A stretch of 64,000 bases of DNA from Octopus sinensis (taxonomy: Eukaryota): the NCBI RefSeq assembly GCF_006345805.1, contig NC_043026.1, positions 11,284,001 through 11,348,000 of the forward strand. The letters are read 5' to 3'. Below the pieces are notes generated by a model that worked only from the letters and a program-made list of their open reading frames with translations, was not told the origin of the DNA and did not search any database. Each line of letters begins with the position of its first letter. Within the stretch, counting starts at the first letter, position 1. A program made the translations under genes and the position numbers. This document shows, piece by piece, positions 1-12,381 of the stretch.

Positions 1-664
1 GGTTGGGCTAGGGCTATGGAAAATGATGCTTACCCAAAGTGCCATACAGTGGTACTGAACCTGAAAACATTTGGTTGAGAAACAAGCTTCTAAACCACAC
101 AGTCATGTTTGGGCCTGTAATTTGATACTTATTCTGATAGTTCTTTTGAGGAACTGTGAGGTTATGGGGATATAATGCCATTATAAACAGTAAATACAGT
201 ATGACTCAGTGGGTAAGAAGATCACATTGTAACCCCAAGGTGCCAGGTTCATTCCCATTCTGCAGTATTTTGGTGAAACATTTTCTGAACCTGTAAAGTA
301 TAATAGCCATCTCAATATGGCTAACCACTAAGGGTGGGTGTTACTGTAGCTTTTAGCCCCAGGAGATCATCGTCTCCAGCTGGCTTTAGGCACACTTTCT
401 GTGCCCTCATGGTATTTGCAAAGGGAGGCCATCCCTCTCTTGTAAACCTAAGTGATACGCATGGACCGCAGTTTCGAGGTTGTTGCCTCTTGTCAACGGG
501 CAGTAATCACCGGTTTACGATGAAAGGGAAAGCCTGTATGCTTTCTGAACCTCTGGTCAGATATTACTTTGAGTGAAATTAGATAGATGGAAACTGTACT
601 GAAGCTTGTCAGATGGATTGTGCCTGTAATTAAATAAGTGCAGTCTTCTCACGCACAGTGTCAC

Positions 665-1079
665 ACTCTTTTACTTGTTTCAGTCATTTGACTGTGGCCA
701 TGCTGGAGCACCGCCTTTTAGTTGAGCAAATCGACCCCGGGACTTATTCTTTGTAAGCCCAGTACTTATTCTATCGGTCTCTTTTGCCGATCCGCTAAGT
801 GATGGGGACGTAAACACACCAGCATCGGTGGTCAAACAATGCTAGGGGAACAAACACACACACACAAACATACACACACACACATACATATACATATATA
901 TACATATACATATCTACAACAGGCTTCTTTCAGTTTCCGTCTACCAAATCCACTCACAAGGCATTGGTCGGCCCGAGGCTATAGCAGAAGACACTTGCCA
1001 AGGTGCCACGCAGTGGGACTGAACCCAGAACCATGTGGTTGGTTAGCAAGCTACTTACCACACAGCCACTCCTGTGCCT
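665..1079 (-). mobile_element. tRNA-derived SINE, family A (~400 bp; representative copy)
   Basis: Head GGCGCAGGAGTGGCTGTGTGGT...GGTTCAGTCCC (A/B-box-like), internal (TA/TG)n and (AAAGAGT)n tail. Near-identical copies at about 7594-8001(+), 9607-9988(-), 19947-20270(-), 21464-21900(-, head x3), 25618-26019(+), 29315-29794(-), 37347-37761(-), 40289-40552(+), 41752-42082(-, heads), 46423-46832(+), 51526-51826(+), 57725-58121(+), 61181-61597(-). Confidence 0.9.
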
Positions 1080-1278
1080 TACTTATCATCATCATTTTAA
1101 CATCTACTTTTCTATGTTTCCATGGGTTAGATAGAATTCACTGAGACGTTTTCTAAAGCTTGATGCCCCTCTGCTTATCAACTCCTGCCTGTTTCCAAAT
1201 AAGGCAATATTTCCCATCACTTGCATGATGGTGACCCTCACCTACAACTATCACAGAATGTCAGGACAAGTAAACACT

Positions 1279-1916
1279 ATCTATCCGCTCAGTCGAAGTC
1301 GACTCTCGGTCACTTGTTGGATCAGTGTCCTCCAGTCAGTTCTATCCTGGGCCGCTTCTTCAGATTGGCTATGTCCATTCCGGTATCACTCTTGATGGTG
1401 TCAAGCCAGCGGGTTCTTCGTCGGCTTCTTCCTCTCTTGCCACTGACCATTCTGTATATATAATATATATATAATATATATATATATATATTATATATAT
1501 ATATATTATATATATATATATATCCGCTCAGTCGAAGTCAACTCTCGGTCACTCGTTGGATCAGTGTCCTCCAGTCAGTTCTATCCTGGGCCACTTCTTT
1601 CAGATTGGCTATGTCCATTCCGGTATCACTCTTGATGGTGTCAAGCCAGCGGGTTCTTGGTCGGCCTCTTCCTCTCTTGCCACTGACCATTCCGTAATAT
1701 AATATATATATTATATATATATATATTCCGCTCAGTCGAAGTCGACTCTCGGTCACTTGTTGGATCAGTGTCCTCCAGTCAGTTCTATCCTGGGCCGCTT
1801 CTTTCAGATTGGCTATGTCCATTCCGGTATCACTCTTGATGGTGTCAAGCCAGCGGGTTCTTCGTCGGCTTCTTCCTCTCTTGCCACTGACCATTCTGTA
1901 TATATAATATAATATA

Positions 1917-1969
<53 letters not shown>

Positions 1970-2135
1970 CTCAGTCGAAGTCAACTCTCGGTCACTCGTT
2001 GGATCAGTGTCCTCCAGTCAGTTCTATCCTGGGCCACTTCTTTCAGATGGCTATGTCCATTCCGGTATCACTCTTGATGGTGTCAAGCCAGCGGGTTCTT
2101 GGTCGGCTCTTCCTCTCTTGCCACTGACCATTCTG

Positions 2136-2191
<56 letters not shown>

Positions 2192-2384
2192 ATATATATA
2201 TATATATATATATCCGCTCAGTCGAAGTCAACTCTCGGTCACTCGTTGGATCAGTGTCCTCCAGTCAGTTCTATCCTGGGCCACTTCTTTCAGATTGGCT
2301 ATGTCCATTCCGGTATCACTCTTGATGGTGTCAAGCCAGCGGGTTCTTGGTCGGCCTCTTCCTCTCTTGCCACTGACCATTCCG

Positions 2385-2416
<32 letters not shown>

Positions 2417-2586
2417 CCGCTCAGTCGAAGTCGACTCTCGGTCACTCGTTGGATCAGTGTCCTCCAGTCAGTTCTATCCTGGGCCACTTCTTTCAGATTG
2501 GCTATGTCCATTCCGGTATCACTCTTGATGGTGTCAAGCCAGGGGTTCTTGGTCGGGCTCTTCCTCTCTTGCCACTGACCATTCCG

Positions 2587-2620
<34 letters not shown>

Positions 2621-3001
2621 CCGCTCAGTCGAAGTCGACTCTCGGTCACCGTTGGATCAGTGTCCTCCAGTCAGTTCTATCCTGGGCCACTTCTTTCAGA
2701 TGGCTATGTCCATTCCGGTATCACTCTTGGTGGTGTCAAGCCAGCGGGTTCTGGTCGGCCTCTTCCTCTCTTGCCACTGACCATTCCGTATATATAGATA
2801 TATATATATAATATATATATATCCGCTCAGTCGAAGTCGACTCTCGGTCACTTGTTGGATCAGTGTCCTCCAGTCAGTTCTATCCTGGGCCGCTTCTTTC
2901 AGATTGGCTATGTCCATTCCGGTATCACTCTTGATGGTGTCAAGCCAGCGGGTTCTTCGTCGGCTTCTTCCTCTCTTGCCACTGACCATTCTGTATATAT
3001 A

Positions 3002-3063
<62 letters not shown>

Positions 3064-3246
3064 CTCAGTCGAAGTCAACTCTCGGTCACTCGTTGGATCA
3101 GTGTCCTCCAGTCAGTTCTATCCTGGGCCACTTCTTTCAGATTGGCTATGTCCATTCCGGTATCACTCTTGATGGTGTCAAGCCAGCGGGTTCTGGTCGG
3201 CCTCTTCCTCTCTTGCCACTGACCATTCTGTATATAATATATATAT

Positions 3247-3288
<42 letters not shown>

Positions 3289-3469
3289 ATATATATATAT
3301 CCGCTCAGTCGAAGTCAACTCTCGGTCACTCGTTGGATCAGTGTCCTCCAGTCAGTTCTATCCTGGGCCACTTCTTTCAGATTGGCTATGTCCATTCCGG
3401 TATCACTCTTGATGTGTCAAGCCAGCGGGTTCTTGGCGGCCTCTTCCTCTCTTGCCACTGACCATTCCG

Positions 3470-3501
<32 letters not shown>

Positions 3502-3672
3502 CCGCTCAGTCGAAGTCGACTCTCGGTCACTCGTTGGATCAGTGTCCTCCAGTCAGTTCTATCCTGGGCCGCTTCTTTCAGATTGGCTATGTCCATTCCG
3601 GTATCACTCTTGATGGTGTCAAGCCAGCGGGTTCTTGGTCGGCCTCTTCCTCTCTTGCCACTGACCATTCCG

Positions 3673-3706
<34 letters not shown>

Positions 3707-3877
3707 CCGCTCAGTCGAAGTCGACTCTCGGTCACTCGTTGGATCAGTGTCCTCCAGTCAGTTCTATCCTGGGCCGCTTCTTTCAGATTGGCTATGTCCA
3801 TTCCGGTATCACTCTTGGTGGTGTCAAGCCAGCGGGTTCTTGGTCGGCCTCTTCCTCTCTTGCCACTGACCATTCCG

Positions 3878-3911
<34 letters not shown>

Positions 3912-3998
3912 CCGCTCAGTCAAAGTCGACTCTCGGTCACTCGTTGGATCAGTGTCCTCCAGTCAGCTCTATCCTGGCCGCTTCTTTCAGATTGGCTA
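1279..3998 (-). repeat. Tandem array of ~170-bp RTE-clade LINE 3' ends separated by (TA)n; 12 full units + 1 truncated
   Basis: Unit starts (TATCCGCTCAGTC) at about 1283, 1521, 1726, 1965, 2212, 2415, 2620, 2821, 3060, 3300, 3500, 3705, 3910. The minus strand reads GMVSGKRGRGRPRTRWLDTIKSDTGMDIANLKEAAQDRTDWRTLIQRVTESRLRLSG, the G.R.RGRP..RW.D...A.DR..WR pattern of RTE/BovB ORF C-termini. Confidence 0.9.
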
Positions 3999-4039
3999 GT
4001 AAATACACACATGTATATATAAACATGCATGTGTGTATA

Positions 4040-4926
4040 TATTTTGGGTCATCACATAAATAATGCGTTTTTTTTTCAATTGCATGAACTAAAAGTTGGT
4101 GGGAGACAGGATAAACTACCTCCATCAACTTGCTATAAACGCAGATAGTAATTTTATTTTATACTTATTCTTAGTGCAAGTTTTGAAGAGTGCAGTTCGA
4201 CTTTAACAGTTATTTTTTCAAAGCTATAACGGAAGTGGCAAAGGAGCATATTCGGCATATTTTGCTTTATGAGTTCAATAAAGGCAACAAAGCAACGGAA
4301 AGTGTGAGGAATATTGATGTAGTTTATGGGGATCAGGCAATAAGCACAAACCAGTGTTGTTGGTGGTTCCAGAAATTCCAGCCTAGACGAGCCTTGTCCT
4401 GGAAGATCTGAAGTGCTCGATAAGGACGTCCCGCAAACCTTGGTGGAACAAAATCCCATTGTAACTGTTGGGGAGCTAGCAGAGAAGCTTGGATTTGGTC
4501 ATTCAACCATTCATTGATACTTGTGTACCATTGGAAAACAACCATCTTTGGTTTCAGGATAATGCTTGGCCACAAACAAAGATGACATTTCCAAAGGCTG
4601 GAGCAGTTTGAATGGGAAACAAGGCTCACCTGCCATATTCGCCAGACATTGTCCCATCTGATTATCATTTATTCTACAGTCTTCAGAATCATTTGGACGG
4701 AAAAAATATGAATTCAGTAGAGGAAGTCAGAACAGTACTGAAGGAGTATTTTTGTCACAGACAAATGAATTTTGGGAGGGCGGACCTTGCAAGTCTACCA
4801 GATAGATGGAAGAGCATTGTAGAAAATGGAGAGTATATTTTAGATTAAAAAAGAACTTTGTTTATCTTAAATTTGAAAAATAAAAGAAGTATAAAAAACC
4901 CGCATTATTTATGGGACAACCCAATA
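4040..4926 (+). mobile_element. Internally deleted mariner (Tc1/mariner) transposon
   Basis: Imperfect ~26-bp TIRs (TATTTTGGGTCATCACATAAATAATGCG / CGCATTATTTATGGGACAACCCAATA). N-terminal KEHIRHILLYEFNKGNKATES HTH-type segment (ORF 4190-4411) and C-terminal YSPDIVPSDYHLF motif (ORF 4612-4848); middle of the transposase missing or frameshifted. Confidence 0.9.
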
Positions 4927-4935
4927 TATATATAT

Positions 4936-5115
4936 ATAAAGTTAATCCAAACAAGAAAGCACAAAAAAAAAACACAATGCGAGGACGTGGAACAAATATA
5001 GTATTATTGGACACTCAGGAAAGAAGGAAGGTTTAACGTTTTGAGCGGAGCTCTTCGTTGGAAAGATCCAGAGAAGGGAAGACAGAGGAAAAAAAATCGC
5101 CAACGGTACACATTA
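4936..5115 (-). mobile_element. ~180-bp TA-embedded non-autonomous element with decayed minimal hammerhead
   Basis: Near-identical to 27345-27515(+) and 47932-48115(-) and flanked by (TA)n. Its hammerhead-like core (5031-5064) has G5>A and G12>A changes. Confidence 0.7.
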
Positions 5116-5559
5116 TATATATATATATATATATATATACATACATGATGGCCGCCCACTTGTGACTGAGGAGGACCATTGCTGACTTTAAGAATATTGT
5201 GCACTCTAGGACTAACTTATATTTTGCATTTGCGGTTCCGTTGGTGGCTAATGAGCCCTCCTCTTGACAAGCATACACGACTGCAAACTAAGCCTTCTCT
5301 ATTCACTACACCAGCACTGCACTACATACATACATACGGGATACAGCACTTTGGTCTAAACAACTTTGATCTAAAAGTTCACTTGTCTAAAGACACCTTG
5401 GTAAAATCACACTTCGGTTAGGTATAATGAAACTTGTCTGATTATATCCATTTATAAATAAATCACAAATCTGCATAATATATATGCTTGAAATAGAATA
5501 TACATTTATTAGAATAAAATGAAATTTAAACAGAACCCAGATTATGTGCAGTACTACAA

Positions 5560-5890
5560 AGGTAATTTTTCATTGATCGATTCTGGTAATTGGCAATATT
5601 CTTTTCTCTCTTCTTGCTGCTTTGATATTTCCCTTCTTGCGGCTTGTCCCTTTGGTAAGTTGGGATAATCTTGTTTTGATGATTTGTTCTCTTCTTTGAA
5701 CATCATTACATAGATTTGAATGTGCTCTAATGAAGACACTAAATAACCTATGCCATGCTTCAATAGAATTAATTGTACGTGCTTTACCACCAAGTGTGAA
5801 CTCATAAACATTTCATTTAGGTATTGAAAATAATGGCTTTGACCATCTTTCTGTAATGATAAGGCTGTTGACTGGGAGAACACAAACATG
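5560..5890 (-). pseudogene. MULE-type transposase relic (C-terminal part)
   Basis: A minus-strand frame not shown in the ORF track reads KPLFSIPK*NVYEFTLGGKARTINSIEAWHRLFSVFIRAHSNL, resembling the P.FP...WN.Y....RTNN..E.WH...HP motif of Mutator-like transposases (recognised from memory). Confidence 0.55.
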
Positions 5891-6544
5891 GTTTAAACAG
5901 TTCTTTTCATTAAAAAATAAAGCATGCCTTTATTTCAATAAAATTTTTGGTTTTGTTAAATGAAGTTAAGACAAAAAAAAGCTTCTTGAGAAACCAAATA
6001 GTCTTTCCTTCCTTCATGCCAAGTTTGAAGAAAATATCTCTTTTGCATCTTACTTTTTTGGTCTCTTAAATATACTGCATTTTATGGCATTATTTCAAGC
6101 CAGCCAGCTTTTTCTGCGCAAACTGCACATGCATTTTTCTCGCATACATGTAGTTTCGATCGCAACAACTGATGCACTTGTGCATACAAATGCATGTTCC
6201 CACGGCTTTATCGATCGCATTCTCACCTGGAATCGATTTTTGTAATTTTTTTCAAGACTCATACACGCCCTGATACCATCGGTATCTACATATCAAATTT
6301 GAGTGCAATCGGATGGAGGATGCATATCATTCTGAAATATCATATCAGACTATGGATGACTAAATCACAACAGGTATATAGCCGATTGTCTGTATTATAG
6401 TGCATTGTTGTACCATCCAAATCTTTTTATTCTTTATATAAATGAAATTAAATAAATGACAAAGGAAGAAGAGATTGTGCAATGAATTTTATTAATTTAC
6501 AGCCATTTCTGCTCATATAATACTTGGACAACTTCTGAAATATT

Positions 6545-6915
6545 TAAGCAAGAAATAAGCCACTGTACTTAGAATTTGTTGACCTGGAGAAAGCCTTTAA
6601 CAGGATGCCTTGATCCATCATCTGGTGGTTACTATGGAAGCTAGGAGTAGATAAATGGCTAGCGAGAGCTGTTGAAGTCATGTATAGGGCTGCTGTCAGC
6701 AAAGTGAGAGTTAACATCAAGTATAGCAATGAATTTAGTGTGCAAGTAGGAGTTCATCAGGATTCAATGATCACCTACCTCCTATTTATCAAGACCATCC
6801 AGGCCATAAGCAAGGAGGAAGTTAAGATTGGCTGCACATGGGACCACTGCTATGCTGATGACCTTGTTCTAATAGGTGAAATTAGAAAAGAAATTTCAGG
6901 TGTCGAAGCAAAACC
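6545..6915 (+). pseudogene. RTE-type reverse transcriptase fragment
   Basis: Reads PLYLEFVDLEKAFNRMP*...GVHQDS...CYADDLVLIG (FVDLEKAF and YADD motifs) with an in-frame stop. A smaller similar fragment lies at about 30355-30490. Confidence 0.85.
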
Positions 6916-6924
6916 TGGAATATA

Positions 6925-7136
6925 TATTTCTTTACTACCCACAAGGGGCTAAACACAGAGGAGACAAACAGATTAAGTCGATTATATCGATCCCAGTGCA
7001 TAACTGGTACTTAATTTATTGACCCTGAAAGGATGAAAGGCAAAGTCGACCTCGGCGGAATTTGAACTCAGAACGTAACGGCAGACGAAATACGGCTACA
7101 CATTTCGCTTGGCGTGCTATTGCTCCTGCCAGCTCG
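6925..7136 (-). mobile_element. SINE-like family B (~250 bp, often with tandem bodies; representative copy)
   Basis: Core CGTTCTGAGTTCAAATTCCGCCGAGGTCGACTTTGCCTTTCATCCTTTCGGGGTCGAT. Copies at about 15130-15518(-), 18267-18682(-), 31945-32366(-), 35349-35604(-), 40886-41300(+), 51829-52371(+), 55660-56226(+), 63690-64000(-). Confidence 0.85.
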
Positions 7137-7759
7137 TACCTGGAATATATATCACTGTACTGACCAATCAAACGCTGTTATACACCACTGATCACTATAC
7201 GCTTCTTCATACTGTGCTAAGTTTATAATTATGCCAATCCATTACATAACAGCTGAGTGAATAGAAGCAACATCAAATGATGTGTTTTGCTCAAGAACAT
7301 AATGTACTGCTGGTCTTGGAAGTGAAAATTTGAGCTTGTGACCATGAGTGCATCACCTTCATACATGTTATGGTGTCAATTTCCAGGTTTACAAAAACAA
7401 CAAGTTTGGCAATGAAAGCATGCGAGGGTTAGCAACAGGAAGGGCATCCAGCCACAGTAAATCGGCCTCAACACATGCTATCTGACCCTTGCAGGGCACA
7501 GAAATGGGGATATTAAATGGTGATGATGACATTGCAGTTACAAAGGGTCTAAGATTACATTGATATTTGTACAATTAACAAATATCTTAACCAAGGCGCA
7601 GGTGTGGCTGTGTGGAAAGTAGCTTGTTTACCAACCACATGGTTCCGGGTTCAGTCCCACTGCATGGCATCTTGGGCAAGTGTCTTCTACTATAGCCTCG
7701 GGCCAACCAATGCCTTGTGAGTGGATTTGGTAGACGGAAACTGAAAGAAGCCCATCGTA

Positions 7760-7792
<33 letters not shown>

Positions 7793-8039
7793 GCGTTTGT
7801 GTGTCTGTGTTTGTCCCCCTAGCATTGCTTGACAACCGATGCTGGTGTGTTTATGTCCCCGTTACTTAGCGGTTCGGCAAAAGAGACCGATAGAATAAGT
7901 ACTGGGCTCGACAAAAGAATAAGTCCCGGGGTCGATTTGCTCGATTAAAGGCGGTGTTCCAGCATGGCCGCAGTCAAATGACTGAAACAAGTAAAAGAGT
8001 ATCAAACTATGAAGGAATTATAAATAAAAGAGCATCAAG

Positions 8040-8341
8040 CTTATGATCGTGAGATTGTGAGATCGAATCCCGGACCGGGCTGCGTATTGTGTGCTTGAGC
8101 AAGACACTTTATTTCACGTTGCTCCAGTTCACTCAGCTGTAGAAATGAGTTGCGACGTCACAGGTGCCAAGCTGTGTCGGCCCCTTTGCTTTTCCCTTGG
8201 ATAACATCAGTGGCATGGAGAGGGGAGGCCAGTATGCATGGGTGACTGCTGGTCTTCCATAAACAACCTTGCCTGGACTTGTGCTTGGGAGGGTAACCTT
8301 CTAGGCGCAATCCCAGGGTCAGTCGTTACCGAAGGGGGTCT
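8040..8341 (+). mobile_element. tRNA-derived SINE, family E
   Basis: Matches the full copy at 34376-34711(-), whose head reads GGCGCATGGCTCAGTGGTTAGAGCG...GCTCGAATCCC (A/B boxes) followed by TTGAGCAAG(G/A)CACTTTATTTCACGTTGCTCCAG. Confidence 0.8.
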
Positions 8342-8672
8342 CCTCATAGATGGTAATTGCTACAAAGTATTTTGAAAGCATGCAGTTATCAAAAATATCA
8401 CAATGGTATGTTATCTCACCAATGATGATATAGTTGTATAAAATACAGGGTTAGGAGGTTATTATTAAATGCTATTATATTTTGTTTCCTCTGTGAATAT
8501 ATTTCTCATTATATTAGGCATTTATTTCCACTAACAACTTTAATGGTTCTAGTAATTACACGATAACACATACTACATAATTTTTGTTGATCAAATACAT
8601 ATTTTGCTTCTGTTGCATTTAATGAATTTTTATTTAACCAGGTGGCTGATTGTAACACCAGTAACTGTTTAA

Positions 8673-8980
8673 CCCCTTACCCGGCAGAAACGAATATATG
8701 CGTTTTGACCGAAATCGTTTTTTTCTATCTCTGGCGAGTTAACTCGTCAAAAGATAGACTTGCCAAAATCGACAGCAAACGAGTTCCTTCGTCTAAAAAC
8801 AGGTTAACTCATTTCTGCCCAAAGCGGTAATTTAAAATCAATATTATTGAATTAAAATTCATAATAAATAAGGTTTGAAATATACCTCGAAATCACCATT
8901 CAAAACATAGTAAAATAAAACAATTAAAAAATATGTCTGAAAAAATACATTTATTTCCAAAATAATTGTTGGGTAAGGGG
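8673..8980. mobile_element. piggyBac-like MITE
   Basis: TIR CCCCTTACCC / GGGTAAGGGG flanked by TTAA on both sides. Second copy at 48304-48615, also with TTAA. Confidence 0.8.
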
Positions 8981-10092
8981 TTAATCAATTTTCCTATATC
9001 AGTAGCCAAAGATTTCGTCTTAGCAAGAGGTTAGCTGTGTAAAGATGACAGACTGGAAACAAAACCCAACAAGGCAGAAATTTGCATCTAATATCCTCAC
9101 CACTTGCCCAAGGTGCCCATGCAGTGGGACTGAACTTGGAATCACGTGATTCATAAGCAAGCTACTTACCACACAGCCACTCCTACACCTGATTGTTTAA
9201 TTTAGAATGAGCTTTTATGGCAAGCATGAGACGTCAGATCTGCACAGTTTGAAAATTAAACAGCTAGAATATCTGAGCTGGACATGGCCAGTTTAAAGGA
9301 TAAAGGCTTAATGAGAAATATCTGCACTAATAAAATAGTAAAATGACAGGTGAATATTCACTTTTATGATGATGATAATCATCATCGTTTAACATCCGCT
9401 TTCCATGCTAGCATGGGTTGGACGATTTGACTGAGATCTGTTGAACCAATGTTTTTAAACACAGTATATGTGTGGATGGACTGCAGGAAATTTTCATTAT
9501 CAAGATGTATTTATATTAAATGTGATACACAAATTGATTTTTTGTTTCTTATTGGTACACAGAGTAATTTTATGAATACTGTCTAGCACTAGCATTCGTA
9601 AAATAACTCTCTTTTACTTGTTTCAGTCATTTGACTGCGGCCATGCTGGAGCACCGCCTTTAGTCGAGCAACTCGACCCCGGGACATATTCTTTGTAAGC
9701 CTAGTACTTATTCTATCGGTCTCTTTTGCCGAACTGCTAAGTAACGGGGACATAAACACACCAGCATCGGTTGTCAAGCAATGCTAGGGGGACAAACACA
9801 GACACACAAACGCATACATATATACGACGGGCTTCTTTCAGTTTCCGTCTACCAAATCCACTCATAAGGCTTTGGTCGGCCCAAGGCTATAGTAGAAGAC
9901 ACTTGCCCAAGGTGCCACGCAGTGGGAATGAACCCAGAACCATGTGGTTGGTAAGCAAGCTACTTACCACGCAGACACTCCTGCGCCTATTACATGTACC
10001 AACAAGAAAAGGGGAAAATGTCATCAAGGTAAATGAAGTAGTAAGCTTGCTCTACAGCATTTACTTCAATCAGAATGTTGGCATTGATAGAG

Positions 10093-11112
10093 TTACTGTT
10101 GTGAATGAATACGTATATGAGTAGTTAAGTTCCTTTTACGAGAGAATGATTTCCCACAGATATCACAGCAATATGGACTCTCACCTGTATGGATACGTTT
10201 GTGAGTTGTTAAGGTACTATTTTCAGAGAATGATTTACCACAGATATCACAGTTATATGGTTTCTCTCCCGTGTGAATACGTTTGTGTGTAGTTAAATTA
10301 TATAATTGAGTGAATGATTTACCACAGATATCACAAAGATATGGTGTCTCTCCTGCATGAATACGTTTGTGTTTGGTTAAATTATGATTATGAGAGAATG
10401 ATCTACCACAGATATCACAGTGATATGGCCTCTCTCCTGTATGAATACGTTTGTGCGCTGTTAAGTCACTACTTCTAAAAAATGATTTACTGCAGACATC
10501 ACAGTGATGTGCTTTCTCACCTGTATGAATACGTTTGTGCTCAGCTAAGTGAGGTCTTTGAGAGAATGATTTACCACAGATATCACAACAATAAGGTTTC
10601 TCTCCTGTGTGAATACGTTTGTGAATAGTTAAGGTACCTTTTTCAGAGAATGATTTACCGCAGATATCACAGTGATATGGTTTTTCCCCTGTATGAATAC
10701 GCCTGTGTATGGTTAAAGTATTTCCATGGGAGAAAGATTTACCACAGATGTCACAGTGAAATGGCTTCTCTCCTGTATGAGTGCGTACGTGAATAGTTAA
10801 GTCAGTACTTCCAGAGCAAGATTTACCACAGATATCACACTGATATGGATTCTCTCCTGTATGAAGGCGTTTATGTTTAGTTAGGTAACTAGTTTCAGAG
10901 AATGATTTACCACAGATATCACAGTGATAAGGCTTCTTTCCTGTATGTGTACGTTTATGTGTAGTGAGATGGCATTTTTGTGATAATGATTTACCACAGA
11001 TATCACAAGTGAATGATGTTTTCTCTCTTTCTTTCTTGCTATCACCAGGAAATTCAATTCTTTTAGATTTTGCTTGAAACTTGAGCTTGTCTTCACATAA
11101 TTCTTTTTCCAT
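10093..11112 (-). CDS. C2H2 zinc-finger protein, CD-type, 11 fingers, 339 aa (ZNF-1)
   Basis: Uninterrupted ORF with 11 CxxC-x12-HxxxH units and TGEKPY-type linkers. ATG at 11112 (MEKELCEDK) chosen by alignment with the three paralogous N-termini; the frame is open upstream to 11223. Confidence 0.92.
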   Translation of the reverse strand: MEKELCEDKLKFQAKSKRIEFPGDSKKEREKTSFTCDICGKSLSQKCHLTTHKRTHTGKKPYHCDICGKSFSETSYLTKHKRLHTGENPYQCDICGKSCSGSTDLTIHVRTHTGEKPFHCDICGKSFSHGNTLTIHRRIHTGEKPYHCDICGKSFSEKGTLTIHKRIHTGEKPYCCDICGKSFSQRPHLAEHKRIHTGEKAHHCDVCSKSFFRSSDLTAHKRIHTGERPYHCDICGRSFSHNHNLTKHKRIHAGETPYLCDICGKSFTQLYNLTTHKRIHTGEKPYNCDICGKSFSENSTLTTHKRIHTGESPYCCDICGKSFSRKRNLTTHIRIHSQQ

Positions 11113-11361
11113 AATTATTCCTTCCTTTTGTTTGTATTGATTCCAAACAAATATATATATATTTTTTTTTTTTGCTATTTTCCCATTAACTGTAATCTTT
11201 GCAAATATCTTAATATGTTGCAAACCCCTTGTAATCTAAATTCAGTTAGAGAAATCATGTTGTACGTATTCAAACGAAGGAGGTAGATAAAATTACTTCT
11301 AATCTCAGTTTACAAAATAATATTAAACGAGATATATTTAAGCGTAACTTCTTAGATATCT

Positions 11362-12020
11362 GTGGATGCAGCACGGATTTTTGTCAGTGAACAGGTTGCA
11401 ATCTTAAAGCGACGAAAATATTTTGACAAATTAAACTTAAATGTTGAAGTGAATTGAACGGCTTTTGTGTGTTTCTTAAATGGCTTACAAACACCTTCCA
11501 CACTGCAATTGTTTTCGTTTCAGCACACAATCTCAGATCAAGTCACTCGCTATGCAAGTACATCTCCGTAATCTTTAAAAGTTGATAAATATTGATGATG
11601 CATTTGGTGATTCTTTGATGCCAATGTCTTCAGATAATCTGAAATAGGAACAAAAATATAAGATATGGAAAATACTATTTTACTAGATTATTTTTATACA
11701 GATAAACTATATAGACAATTGCAGCGTGGAAGGTGTTTGTAAGCCATTTAAGAAACACACAAAAGCCGTTCGATTCACTTCAACATTTAAGTTTAATTTG
11801 TCAAAATATTTCCGTCTCTTTAAGACTGCGACCTGTTCACTGACAAAGATCCGTGCAGCGACGAAACTATTTTGACAAAATAAACTTAAATGTTGAAGTG
11901 AATCGAACGGCTTTTGTGTGTTTCTTAAATGGCTTACAAACACCTTCCACGCTGCAATTGTTTTCGTTTCAGCACACAATCTCAGATCAAACCACTTGCT
12001 ATGCAAGTACATCCCCGTAA
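11362..12020. repeat. Unclassified ~210-bp repeat: direct copy (11362-11572) plus foldback copy (11710-12020) with 21-bp TSD
   Basis: Inverted arms 11716-11808 and 11868-11960 (92/93 match). TATTTTTATACAGATAAACTA is duplicated at 11689-11709 and 12021-12041. Further copies at 15871-16075 and 16097-16227 (-). Confidence 0.85.
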
Positions 12021-12381
12021 TATTTTTATACAGATAAACTACATAGAAATAAGAACGTACGATGATCTCACTTGGTGCGCTAAGAGTACCATACAAGTCA
12101 AAACGTTTTACATTATACACGTCCAACTACTTTTACTAAAATATATCTATTATTCTATCTTACCTGTTCTGCTACATAAATCTGTGTTTATAGTGAAGGA
12201 TCTTCAACAGAACAAACATCTAAGACGAAGTCACACAGGAAATGGATGTGAAATATGACATGTGACGTCGCACAAATGTTCTCACATTAACAAAAGAGCA
12301 ACTCACCAATGTTGTGATGTGTATCACCATGGTTACCATCTGACTATGCTAAATAGGTTCCCGTAAATATCGTTATTGTTT

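Noticed and set aside
1279-3998. CRISPR-like look (constant repeat with variable spacers)
   Set aside because: The repeat is ~170 bp of LINE ORF and the spacers are (TA)n; the context is eukaryotic with no cas genes.
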